Source of the DNA: Balanoglossus misakiensis
Lineage: Eukaryota; Animalia; Hemichordata
DNA length: 64,000 nucleotides
Direction: 5' to 3'
Assembly (NCBI GenBank): GCA_040954595.2
Contig: CM082594.2
Span: 3,457,319 to 3,521,318 of the forward strand
A program made the translations under genes and the position numbers. Shown piece by piece: positions 36,801-50,400 of this stretch; position 1 is the first letter of the stretch, and the number at the start of each line of letters is the position of its first letter. The notes under the pieces were generated by a model. The model searched no databases. It was given only the letters and a program-made list of their open reading frames with translations, and had not been told where the DNA came from.

Positions 36801-38420
36801 AAACATGCCAGCTATGCCACTCAGGAGGCATACCTCCATCACTGTAAACTTGTTTACAGACCGAGCTCATCAAATTAAGATTACATTGTCAAACACAAGC
36901 TGATTAACTAACACAGCACCACACCTTTGTGTGGTAATCGCATATCTGGTTCCTGCTGCATGCTGGCTGGTCCTGCATTTTTTCTGTACATATACCCCGG
37001 GTATATGTCCATGCGACATAAACCTGTCAAACAATGTGTACTGATGCATGGTGCACGTGTTCTGATCGAATTTCAGGTAGACGACCTTATCAACGCAGAT
37101 ATTACAGGATATTGACACACTCTGATGGCCTCATAACCCACTTCTGAAGAAATCAGCCAGCTATGAAAGTCTTAGTGCAGGCATTGTATACTAGTATATG
37201 GCAGCTACCACCACCGCACTACACTACACAAACACCCATGGCCAACAGATCACCCTTGAAAGCCTTACACAAAGTACTGAAAGAGAAAATCTCATAAACC
37301 GAGTGAAAATTACAATTTCAATCATATGCGTGAGACGAAAAGGACAGACAACTTATCGACTGAGTAGTTGTGATAGACAGATATGGACAACAACACACAG
37401 AAAGCAAATCACACATGGCAGATTTTATCATCAAAAAACATGAAAACATTACATCAGATGAGAAAATGCTTGAAATATCACAACTTTGACAGGAAAACTA
37501 TTGTTTGTTAACGGTGATCTGTGATATGTACAAGAAAAAAAGGCTCTCTTCTCTGGGATCATTTTATTTACACATTTAAGTTTTTTTAATAAAAAAATGT
37601 ACAGAGCAAAATCCTAAGGTACTTCTCCTATAAGGCAAATAACTATTCAACCCTATCACCCCCATTTCCTTCAGTGGAGTTTCAAATTTACCATAGAAAA
37701 CAAAGGAAGTGGACCAAACCATGGAGGTGAAAGGGCTGTCTTCATAACAAGCAAGATTTTTTTGACGACTCAAAAATAAACTTGATGTAAATATGGCCAT
37801 TACCGGTAAGTCCAGACTCAGACATTCTTTTTGGTATTTTAATGGCACAGATAGTAATTTTCAGTGTTCCCATTGAAGATCTTGCTGATTTGGCTCATTG
37901 GGTTGCAATTTAGAAGTGGTTTGCCGTATTTAAGGCTTTCAATTATCTATTGTTCTAGTATTACATTCTTTTTCTCAACACGTGTCAGAAAAAAGTTGTA
38001 AGGAAACCTGTGCTGTTATGCTGAATTTCAGAATTTGCCAACCCTAGGTGAACTGTATCCTTACAGTTTAACATTTACGGCACTATATACGTGAAAACAC
38101 TCTTAGTGATAAAACAGTGGCTGCTGTTTTGACTTCATCTTGGTGAATGCTAATTTCAGACAAATTCATCAATAACAGATACGACAAGTGGTCTTTCGAT
38201 GACTCTATGCTGTACGTTTATAATTTACAGTACATGTCTTTATAAATAAAAGTGAACACTACCTGTTGCTCTGGTTCAATATTATGCAAACCAAATGCAA
38301 GATTCCAACTACCTGGTGAAGGGCGCCCTCTGTGCCAAACACCGGAAAGCAACTTCATAGGGAACACTGAAAATACTTGTCAAACTTCGGGAATTAATTC
38401 TTTTAACACTATTACTAAAA

Positions 38421-41400
38421 TCACCGTGATGCAAATGTCACACTAGTCATCATTTTCTGTATTTTTTCATCATTTCTGAGTACGTTAGCTTTGACTGCAC
38501 TGATGAGGTCCAATCGATCAGCAATGGCTTGGTCCAGCTCTGCCAGCTGAGATTTCAGAGGTTCCAAGATTTCTTCAGTTATACTGTAGGTGAAATAAAA
38601 TTTTAAAAATAAATAATCCAAGTCAATGATTTCAGTTATGTTCTGTATTCATTTGATTTTATTTGCTCATGAGGCAGTTACTATCTTGGTATTCCTGACA
38701 CATAAAGTTCACAAACAAAGTACATCTTCATATAATGTTAATGTTTTTAATGTTATAGATTGAGAATTTGGTTAACTCCATTGAACAGAAGCACACAATA
38801 CCGCAAGATTTGGTTGACAACTGCTGGACAGATTTATGAAAACAGAAACCCCTTTCGACTTGGAAGATACTTCTGACTGACAGCACAGTGTTATTAGTGA
38901 AAGGAGCCTACAATGCCCACAGCCCAAGTTTCACACATCACTCCAAAAGCTCACCTTTCTTCTCTCTTGATAGCCAGCTCATGTTGCCTATTTTCCTTCT
39001 TCCACATTTCCAACTCTTTCTGCATGCTGTCCATGTCCTCCTGCACATAGTCCATGATCTTGCCCAGGGGATTGGCGCTACGAGTCAAAGTCTGGATGCC
39101 GCTCCGCAGCGTCTCGATTTCCCGCGCCACTATCTGCCGCTCTTTTCTCTTCGCCGCATCCATGACAACCACAGGTTTGTCCTTTTGAACACACGCAAAA
39201 GATCAGAAGTTACAATGAGATACGGTAATCTGGCATTGTGTTCGATAAATTTTGTTTATCAAGGAAGTTATTCGTTCTGTTTTGCATATTACAGTCAAAC
39301 CACTGTTAGTGGCCGACCCTATATAGCGGTCACCTCTATATAATGGCCACTTTGTTACAGTCCCTGTGCAATTCACATGTGTGTTAATTAACCTCTATAT
39401 AAAGGTCACCTCTCTATAAAGGCCAGTTTAGGAAAGTCCCTTGACTGGCCACTATAGAGAGGTTTAAGTGTAATTGATGTTGAAGTGTGGGCTGTCAGAG
39501 CTGAACTCTCAACACTTCTAGCAGGCTTATGCCTTATGCAGTAGTACATCAACGCCCAATACTTTGGGAAATGAAACGAAAAATACCTTTGATAAACAGA
39601 ATAACTGACATTCAACACAGAGACATACAGATACCAAAGGACTGTGTTACAAACTGAAGCAAATACTTACATCTTTTTTATTGATAGCTTTACTTCCACC
39701 CTCCAGCTCTTTTTTACTTTCTAATATTTTCTTGACAAGTCCTCCATGTTCTCCGTCCTCATCAACGTCATTTGGTTCACTCTGTTGAACAGAAAAGAAG
39801 ATGATAAATTGAGACCATCTATACAATTTGAAATGTTGCCATTGGTACCAATGACAATTTACCTTTGCAAGATACTGTATGTGTTTGCTGGCTATCATCC
39901 TCACAGGCATCTGTGCTACCTCTAATAACAGTACATGTACACCCTCTGAATAATTATACAATGATCTTTCAACAATGTGTTACACCAATGAAGATTGACT
40001 TGGCACCTTGTCTCTTGACTTGGACAACGTGTGCTAGCGCCACCACTGGCGATAATTCACCAATATGGCCCTTTTTTGTAAAAATTATAAGCAGAAAATC
40101 TACTGGAGTGGTCCAGATGGAATGTTAACATACACACAATGTAAAGTAATGGGTGAATTCAGGAAAGACATTTCTATTGAAAGACTGATGAACATAATAT
40201 CACAGAATCACAAATCGTTATCATATTGTGTATGTGTATCTACCTGTTCCATTTCTATTGCAGGTTGATCTTCTTCAACAACAAAAGTATCGTCGTCATC
40301 ATCTGAATTCTGTGCATTATCTACAATCACATTGGACACCTTGCCACTGCCAATCCTGTGAACAGCGAGAAAGTTAATCAAAAGAGGGAAAATATCAGCA
40401 GCGGTACATTTCTCCACTTCCCACTGTTGATTTTCCATAAGAAAGTTGTAAATTTCCCTGTCACTGACCGTCCAACAATCAGATGTAGTCTGTATAACTG
40501 GCTGATTTCCAGTGTTCTATTCACACACACACACACACATGTACTTGTTCGCCACACACAAAGCATATTTAAAACGTATCAGAATTTCCAATGAGGGAGA
40601 TTTACCTGACAGCTGGATCATCTAGTGCCTCTTGTTTCTTAACTCTCGGGGGCGCTGGTCGTGCACTGCTGGGTCGAGCCATCTTCCGGCTGTGGTGATA
40701 TGAAGGATACAAGAAAAACAATTCATCAATGCATTTTGCAATGCACCAAAAAAGCAAAAAGTGTGCACTTTATTGGACAAGCCACACTCTGTCTATCAAA
40801 CAAGTAGAAATTCAGACGCCTATTAGAAACCATTAGCTGTACCAGATCATCTTTCACAATATTTTTTTAGCATTTGAACAATATGGGCATATCATTATGG
40901 GACATTAGACTTCATCTTGGTGGAAAGTTCATCTCAATGTTATCTGGGAATTTGGAGCCCCAATATTGCAGTGGAAATACTTCATGACGACGACTAAAAA
41001 TACTTGGATCAAATGAAACTCCTCACCTGGCCTGTACTTGTGGTGGCAACTCATCATCTCCGTTCACCATCTCGTTTCTGTCTTGACCTTTCTTGACCTC
41101 ACTTTCCCTGGCACGGCTCCGTCTGTGCGACCTGTCTTCACCCTCATGAGCTCGCTGTTCTGCTTCCTGGTTTTGCTGTTCCATTTCTACAAAGAATACA
41201 TTTCGTTATTCCCTTCACTATACATGAAGTACTTTGCACTTTTTTTCCTTTAATACACTGGACAATGTACTAGATATCATCAACCCTTTGAACCCTGACC
41301 TACTTGGTGACCTTTGACATCATAAACAGAGTTCAAAGGGTCATGAAAAGGAAAGCACAATGCTACAATAACCAGATTAAATTTTACCTTCACACCTTCA

Positions 41401-44400
41401 ATAGACAAACTACATTAAATGAGAAAGAGAACCAATGCTGACTGTACATTTTTTTCTGATATAAGGCATCTGTCACTGATATAAAGCATGACAAATAATT
41501 CTTGGTTGAAAGTCCACTATATCCAGTACATGTACGTACAGCATTGAATGCCTCTTTCTTCTGGTCCTACAATGGCAGTCGATCAAGGGATATTTAACTA
41601 ACTACTTCCCGAGCCTTGAAAATATTCTTCAAAGTCAGAAACTGAGGAAAACTGTTGCACATTGTGCTGGGATGTGTACTTTGGGGAATGGTCACTTGGG
41701 AATACAAGTCTACGGGAGTGTGTCTGAACATAATGAGGTGAAATTAGACTAGTGAATATGAATTATTCATTATCTTACAAGTTACATCTATACTATATAC
41801 TATAACAAATATGATTTGTACCATGCTACAAATGTCTCCTGAGTTAACAATGGCAAGATTAACTCAACGTGGGATGCTAAAACAGATTATGCAAAGCGGG
41901 TCATGCAAGTGGATTAAAGTGGGATCACGCATGCACAGAAGGAACAGTGATGAGTATATATTTACTGTTCACGGTTGTGGACAGTTTGTTACCTAGGGGG
42001 ATAAGAAACTGGAAATTTAAAAAAGTGTAGCTTTGCTTGAAGCTTTTGATCAGTCTACAGAAATGTACACACTGGATAATTTCACTGGTACATGTAGCCA
42101 TCTATTTTAATTTTTATTCTCACAATAACATTACTCTTGGCACTTTTTTTTCTTTCGGTGAATGCATTTCACAATTAAAAAATAATTTCTGTGCAGAAAC
42201 AGGCTGATAACAGTGTATATGAATATACATCAAAATTTACTTTCAGATGTTTATGTTTTTTTTTTCCAGGCTGAAAAGTTTTCATAAATCTTTCAAATCA
42301 GCTACATGTACATATAAATTTATGTAGTTTCAGATTCTTTTTGTAAGCTGCCTTACTAATGTGCACAAGTCCCATAGAAAGATCAAAGATCAGCAAAGCT
42401 GTACTATCTTTATAGTGGGAATTAAGCTTAACTGGTACATGTAGGCTACGATTCAAGGGAGAGGTAAGTGCTTGTCTGGAGACAACAGGGCACCAGTTGG
42501 ACACTATCTACTTTTTTTTGTACACATACCTCCATCACTGTCTGAATCTGTAGTGAAATCAACAACAGGAGAATTCCAAGAAAAAAAATCAGTCAATTCC
42601 AAGATACGTTAATGCTGTGAGCTAACTGTAAGAGGCTGTGGATTATTAAAACATATGATAAAAACTAAATCCCTTGTCTCTATCCTTGAGCCTTATATAT
42701 GTTACTGTTTTGTCCATTCCTTTTTCTATACACAAACTTGCTCAAAATTTAAAGGGACAAAGTCTCTCTCTCGCTGCCTATTTTCTATAATTATAGACAC
42801 GGGAGTGAAAAAAGTCACCAAAATGAATAATCGGTCTCTATCGTTTATTCATTTTGGGCGAGTTTTTACTCTCATATACAAGCGGGATGGAAGTTGTGTG
42901 TGATTGAACATTTATTCACTACATATATATGTACACATGTACATTAACATAAACAGTGTCTTGTATGAAACATAATTATTAGACTTTGTCCCTTTAAAGC
43001 AAAATAAATTTAAGATGTGATATTTACTGACCATGAACACAGTAAAACTTCCCTGTTAAATTTGCACACAATAATCACAATGCCGCTAAAAATCCTCCAC
43101 TAAGAAATGTTGTTTATCCTAATACTGTATACATTTTAATTGTCCACAGCCCCTAAAATGTGCCAGCAAAAAAAGCATTACAATGAAGTTGCCTGTAATG
43201 ACATACTGAAACTCTGATGCTGTTATCTTAAGTTCAAAATGATAAAATAATTTTATTGTTTTTTTAATGTTACTTTATCTAGTGAGGTTAAGCACATGTA
43301 CATGCAAAATGTGAAATCCTGTGCATAGAAATGGCAGCCACACAATGGTATTTTCCTATCTCAGAACATGATGTCCACTTTCTGGGTTTCCAGAGTCACC
43401 TAGAAATGGCCCTAGATTTCTCCGAAGAATGACAGTCATACAGATTTCTTGAATGAAATACGCTGGAAGTACAAATTCCATTTCTGGTGACTTTGCAAGG
43501 ATTATATTCAAACTTTCTTTGAATATATGGTTTTCCACTCACTGTGAAGTCTTGCAAGACTTGGTTAATTATGGTAGCAACAGGTTGCTAGAAGTAATAC
43601 AAGTCGAACTACATAGAATAGATTCTGAGTTTTACAAAAATTGTAACTTTTGTGATGTTTTACACAATAGGCTGAATGTTGTTTGTCTAGCGTCACATGA
43701 GAATGTCCTCCAATATAAACTGCCTAGCCATGTGAGATCTCAGAGAGTCCATGAATGATGTTCCATAAAATTTCACAGTTACACTGTATTTAGTACATAT
43801 TGATTTTTTTCTCTATCATTACCACTCATTCCTTTTGCCTTAACCATTTTTCATTGTGACTCCCATTGTACTGTGACAAGGTCACCTTCACAAAAAACAT
43901 AACCGTAAACAACGGCAAGCAAGTTGTGAAACTCACTGTACGAACTACATGTAGCATCAACTAATTTGTGCTCTAACTCCTCAGGTGGTTCAATTCTATG
44001 GGCATGTTTTTCCAGCGGGAGTATTATCTATTTTTTAACAGATCTGCCACATTTCACACTTGTAAGTTGTATTCACATTCTCTGGTCATAGATATTGTAC
44101 CCAACATATTAAACAGTTCCCAATTTGAAGAGTTCAACCATGCAATGCTTGGTTCAACTCACGGATTTGCCATGGTAAGACCTAGGCATTTATAATTGGG
44201 TGTTATATGGTGAAATAACCCTCATCTGTGGGGACAATGATCATTTGCAAATAATGGGCGACTGTAACATACCTTCTCCATCGCGTGGAGGTCGTCGTCT
44301 CTGACCTTTGGCTGACGAAGGCCTTGGTATTCGATTCCCTGGCGCGGGTTCATCTCCCTGAAGTCAACATCAAGAAGATATGTCATCAGTTTTTTTTAAT

Positions 44401-47400
44401 GAGGATTCTGTTCCACACCACAGAAGCAAACTCTCACTTACTTTACTAAAAAATACCAGAGAAATAATAAAGTGAGGTTTCAAGGTCAAGAACAAATAAA
44501 AACACACCTATCTGAAAATGGAAAGTATAGCTGTACACTTGTATACAGCTGTACTAGTTTACGATACTATCAATAAAAACAATGGTCTAAGTTTTCAACA
44601 CTCATTACTTAACAGTTTTTAACTACATCTAATTGAAAAATAAATCTATGTAACCTTATGTATGTATGTGTATGTGTATGTATGTGCGATTACATTGCTT
44701 TTGGGCAAGTTAAGCTTTTCTTAGTGATTTATTCAAGAGTCTTGATGTATAATGTTGTTGGTAACCAAATAAAACTAAATTTTGTCAGAAATGGCTGTAA
44801 TTTAAGGTGAAAATTAGTACAGAGAACATGGCAAGTTTTTTTCCCACAAATTATGATCTGGTAGAAAAATACTACTTTTACACATACTGCATCTATGCAT
44901 CAAATTTGCTGATCACTTTCGATTGAAAGAATATGCTTTTTTTTCCTCCTAGCAATGCTTGAAGCTTGATTTTTCAAAAGCACAGGCTGCAGTACATCTT
45001 TGGTAAGGCATTTTTATGACATGACACACCAGTGCTTTCCAGCAGCGAGTTAAAGTACATGCAAATTACAAGGATGTTGACCCCAAATGAGAAATCATGG
45101 TTTAGAATGAGATCAAGGAAAGTGTAAATGATAAAGATGCATCGAATATCTATGTATAATTTAACAAAGAACAATATGAGAACTTTTCAAACATAAACAG
45201 CACCTAAGAAGAATTCCATGCAAAAAAAAAGAGATTGATAACTATTTAAAAGTCAGTGAAATCTGTCAAAAACACTCAGAATCTAAGCTGTCAGCTGACT
45301 GGGTAGGGCAGGGACAACAGATAGCACAAATGGAAAAAAACGGTTGATAAACAATCAAGTTTTGCCTTACTTTTTTTTACAATATTCAACAGGTGGTTGA
45401 CCTGGCTTATTTTTCCATACATATTTTTGGACATAAGAAAATACATTTCATTCAATGGCACCCTATGTATGTCAGCTGACTGCACCAGATTGTAACAGTT
45501 AGTCAATTCCATGCAAAACTCGACAGATAATCAAATGAAAGTTTCCTTCAATTGACAGACAAGAGTATATGTTTGAATTTAATTTTCAAGGCACTTCATG
45601 CCATGAGTCTGTATCAAACTCGTTTGAGAGATTAAACCACTCCTTAGTTTATTAGAACCTGTTAGTCGAGATGCAAACACCCCTGCCAAGGCCATATAAT
45701 GGTCACTATGAGATTGATTCAATGGACAGACATAGGGTGAAGTGTGCCATTCAAAGTAGCATATGTTGTAGTATATCTGTGATAATATAAGTTACTGAAA
45801 GTGCAAGTGACCAACTCTTGAAATTTATGGAATATTTGACTTTCTTGATGGAGAATTCTATATGGTCAATAAAACAGCAATGAAATGGTATTTCTGTACA
45901 AAATAATAAGATAATGCAATTACAGCTATGGATTTTTAGATGAATTTCCTTTAATTTTAAACCAAGCATTGTACTTTTCACTAAGGAAGATTTAGCAGTA
46001 GCATTCTTTCTTATGAGTTACATCTGAACTGTATACACAAGAAAGGAAAATTAAGTATTCAGGGAAAAACAGTTAATACTATAATGTAACAGAGAGGAAG
46101 ATTGCCAACAGAATAACTTCTATCAAAAACAATTCTAGAAAACTACCTCTCTGTCTGGAGGTCCCATGTCCTATGGAAGAAATGTTGAAGTGAGAAAACA
46201 CTGTGAGTTTAACGTTAAACAAGTGCTATAGCCTGGACCCAGCTGTAGTTTTCATATCTGCCCAAAACATTTATCTACAATAGGGTAAGTGCACATCATT
46301 CTGTGGATACCAAAAGCCCAGTCTGCAGAACTTGTCCCCGTTTATATATACAATGAATAGAAGCATGCCCTTGTATGATGTACAAGCCTCATGATTATAT
46401 AATTATAATAGCAATGGAATCTGTGCAAAGCAGACCAGTCTTTGATGTGTCCCAGTTTCAGGCTTACCCGACTGCAGTGAAATCGTACTAACCTCACAGC
46501 AGATACCACAGCTGGGCCAGTCTACAAGTGCTAGTTAAGGGCCCACACTAACAGATACACACTCATTTTTCTGCAGAAAAAATTGCTTTACATGCAAATA
46601 TGCAAGAAGTCAGTTAGTAGATAGAATCTTGCAAAAATACAGCAGGGTGCCAAAAATCTCAAACGTTTGGCACATTTGTGATGTCTGCTGGAATAAATTC
46701 GAGACAGTAGTAACCAAAACTTGGTTTAACTAACTTAACTAACACAAAATCCTCTCAAAAATATCAAGATTAAACTTCCCCAGGGGATAGACATACGGGC
46801 AGAGAAAGAGGAATTCAACACTGGTCTACAAAAAGCTGACAAAGCCACAAGAACTCATAACTTGACTGCATTTTATAATGTAATCCTCTCTAACATAAAA
46901 TTTTAGTGTAACTATGACTAAGTGTGTGCTTCTGTTATACAGGCTGCAGAGAAACACAAAATGCTGTATAGTCAAACTTTTCGTATCGTGACAACCGGCA
47001 TTCTAAGGCCTATATGCATACTAGTTGGACAGTATCACACTCTATCGCTATCTCTTTCAAGTCAAATAAATGTATCTCAGTAATAAGAAGTGAATTGAAG
47101 GCGAGATTGTTAACTTAAATTATCCACATTTGAGGCCCAGACATGCTAAATGAATGTGTTAAGACTGCAACTGAGTTTGAATTGAACCCTAAACAAATGT
47201 TGTTGTTGTTTGTTTTTGTTTTTTTGTTGTTGTTTTTTTTTGGGGGGGGAGCCAGAAAGCAGAATGTCCTCCCTCCCCCCTGACAACCAAATCCAAGCTT
47301 GCTCATCCTCTCAAAACCTCAGAGAGGACACTGATGACAACTGAAAAGAAAGCGCACACAGCTAGAAAAAACGTGGCAAATAAAAACAAACACAACAGGG

Positions 47401-50400
47401 TAAGCGTCATCCCAAAATTACACAACCATGAGGTTTCGAATGTACAGCTCTTGCCGAGGATTTCCGGGGTGCCTGATCTGGATGGACAGGTAACAAATTG
47501 TATTTTCATATTTTGAGGGCATGTCAATCAAATACGCAACATATATCTAAAATTGGGACACAGGTAAAGGCACTGATACATGCTGGATGTGAAATCATGG
47601 AGAAAAAAAAGTGCTTTTTCTTTTAGCAAAAGGGTAATTCACTGACAAGTTTCAGTGTTCACACACAAACGGTTTTGTTGATATGTAGTCCCAGCTAACA
47701 CGTGGTAATTATTGAGAAGATTACGTTGTAATAATAAAGTTGGCTTGAAAGGCATTCTGAAATACAGTAACTTTGGGATGGCTTTCATTAGACAACACAA
47801 AAGGGGCACTGCAAGATTCATTTCAAGACATACACTACAGTTAAGTCAGTGCTGTGCATTATCAATCACCCAGTGAAACAACTCTGGAGTTAATATCACA
47901 AGAGAATACAGAGGCAATACAGGGCTGAAGTGTGTTGAACATATGGCATTTGCAGAGTGGTGCATATTACGACAGTCGGGCTCCAACAATGCTCAACAGT
48001 ATAGTAAGATACACCACACCACTTCTAGGGTGCAGATAGTTCAACCACAGAAGCCCTGAATCGCTGTGGGGTGCTGTTATTATTACATGTGTCACATTTT
48101 CCGATGAAAACGGCATGTGCTCTTCGGTGAAATATGCTCTCAGTGACAATGTGTTCCATTGGTCGGTTCAGTGCGGTCTGTCTCACCGATTGGTTCACTG
48201 AGGTCACCTGACAATTTTAAAATTTACATGGTGACAACTTTGAAGAAACTGATTGGCCAAGTGGTCACCTGATTAATTTGTATGATGACTCAGTCACTTG
48301 AGTATTTTTGTAAAGGAAAAACCACAGGATCATACACATGTAATAATTTACATTTTGCCCTGACAAACATTTTTTGGTAGATGTTTATACACTCAAATCC
48401 AGCAAAAACAAAACAGGAATTCAAGTTTTAGGGTTTTTAAAGCACATCACACCCATTCACACTACACACTGTTCACTCATTGTGTACCTCATCATCATCG
48501 CTCTTTAGATATTGGCACATAGCGGGAGAAATAATAAAATTCCATTGTTGAGACACTGTACACTGGTCCTTTTCACGAAAATTCAATACATAACCAGGAC
48601 AATGCCGTCATTGGACTTTTGGGAACATTGAATCATGAATATTACTATGTATTAGTAAAAACCATTTGCCATTTTTAAATTACCACAGGGATGTACTGTT
48701 AGTCTGACAATGTTCTTTTATAAAATGATCAGACATGTATATTGACAGAGGGTCAAAAACTGTATTTCTCATTTTCTGTCTCAAAAACTAATTTAAACAC
48801 CATAATAACAGCTTTGTATTTTCTTGATATGACAACTGAACAGCCGATTAGAAATAACACTGTTGGGGTTTCAATAACTTTCCACTGTATACTACAGATG
48901 TACTTCACACAACATGAACTTTTCCAAGCTTGGTGTGAAGCATTAGGTACAAAGTCATCACACACAAAAAGAATGAGATTATTATATACATCATGTATAG
49001 ATGGAGTCACAGGTAAATACTGTAACACACTTTATTTTCGCGAGTTGAAATTTTCGCTACATCAAGAGAGGCCACTGTTTCGCGAGTACTAATTTTCGCA
49101 TTCTCTTATTCCATTCAATGAATCGTTATCATCAAAAAAATTACGCGACTTTTTATTTTCACGCTATTTTGGCTTTCGCGTATATCGCAAAAATGTATTG
49201 CTCGCGAAAATAAAGTGTTTTACAGTAAATAAAGAGGTGAAATCCACCCAGTGTATTGGAGAAGAGTAATGAATGTAGAATCATGGCAGACCATTCATGT
49301 GCAGAAAGTATACTAGAATCGTCAAGTTTTTGAAGAGAGTGATATTAACCTGCCATGGACAGATTATGTAGGTTTATTATTAAGAACAGCTGGAGTGTTA
49401 CTTGCTACTTTTGATGACACCACCAGAGATCACAGTAGAGATGATGGCAAACACCAAATACTAGCAAGATTTTAACAGATGTAGATACTTGTACAGAGCA
49501 CAACAGCACAGGATGACCAAAGTTTTTAAGGATTTCACTCACATCCATGTACCCTGAGTCTGTGTAAATCAAAGTGTTTAACCCTTTCAAGCCTGGCTTT
49601 CTGGGAACGTATCCGAATTTCTCCTATAAATAGTGTATCCGGCCAGAAAGGGTTAAGCTCACAATTTGTGGGTCCGCATAATTTTAGTATATTTGGACAT
49701 AACTTTCAATAATTAAATTACAAAAACTATAATATATCAAATCATAAGTAGGCTTGCATTAAAGTCTGGGTACATTTAATCCATTTTAAGTTCAAATTTG
49801 ACCCTTGACCTCTCATGATCACGTATTATTAACATAAACAAATGGTCCATACCAAGCAGAAAGGGGTCTTATGGGAGTGCGATACGTATGACCATAAGAC
49901 CCCTTTCTGCTTGGGATGGCCCAAATCATGGCAAGCATTCCTTGTTTTAGTTACTATTCAGTACGTTGAAACTAAATGTAATTGAACGACACTGAAATGC
50001 AAAATGCCAAACATGAACAAGTGAGTGAGATCCCAAATCCTGGCCATTGCAAGATTCACGACAGAGATACTGTGCAGTCATTAGTACATTTATAAACAAT
50101 AGACACACACCTCTTCATCGTTATCATTATGAATCTGTTTGGCCATTTCTTCCTCCTCTTTTTTATGCTGCAAAATAATGCCACGTGATTGAAAGAAAAA
50201 AACAAACAAATAAACAAAAATTCTGTTGTGTCAGACAGAAACCTATTTGTACATGTACAGAGCTAACACTTTAGAAAGATTTATATTTGACATTAAAAAT
50301 TTAACCATAATTCAATCTTATTCTACAGTATTTTTAGCATTTTCAAATCATCATTCCATGGTCAACCATATCTGTAAGAAATACTAAGAAATGATATGTA

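Noticed and set aside
41540-43760. Coding-looking patches in TRAF3IP1 introns (~41540-41725, ~41920-41995, ~43356-43760)
   Set aside because: Frames compatible with the flanking exon phase hit stops and I recognise no motif. They could be alternative terminal exons, but this is unsupported.
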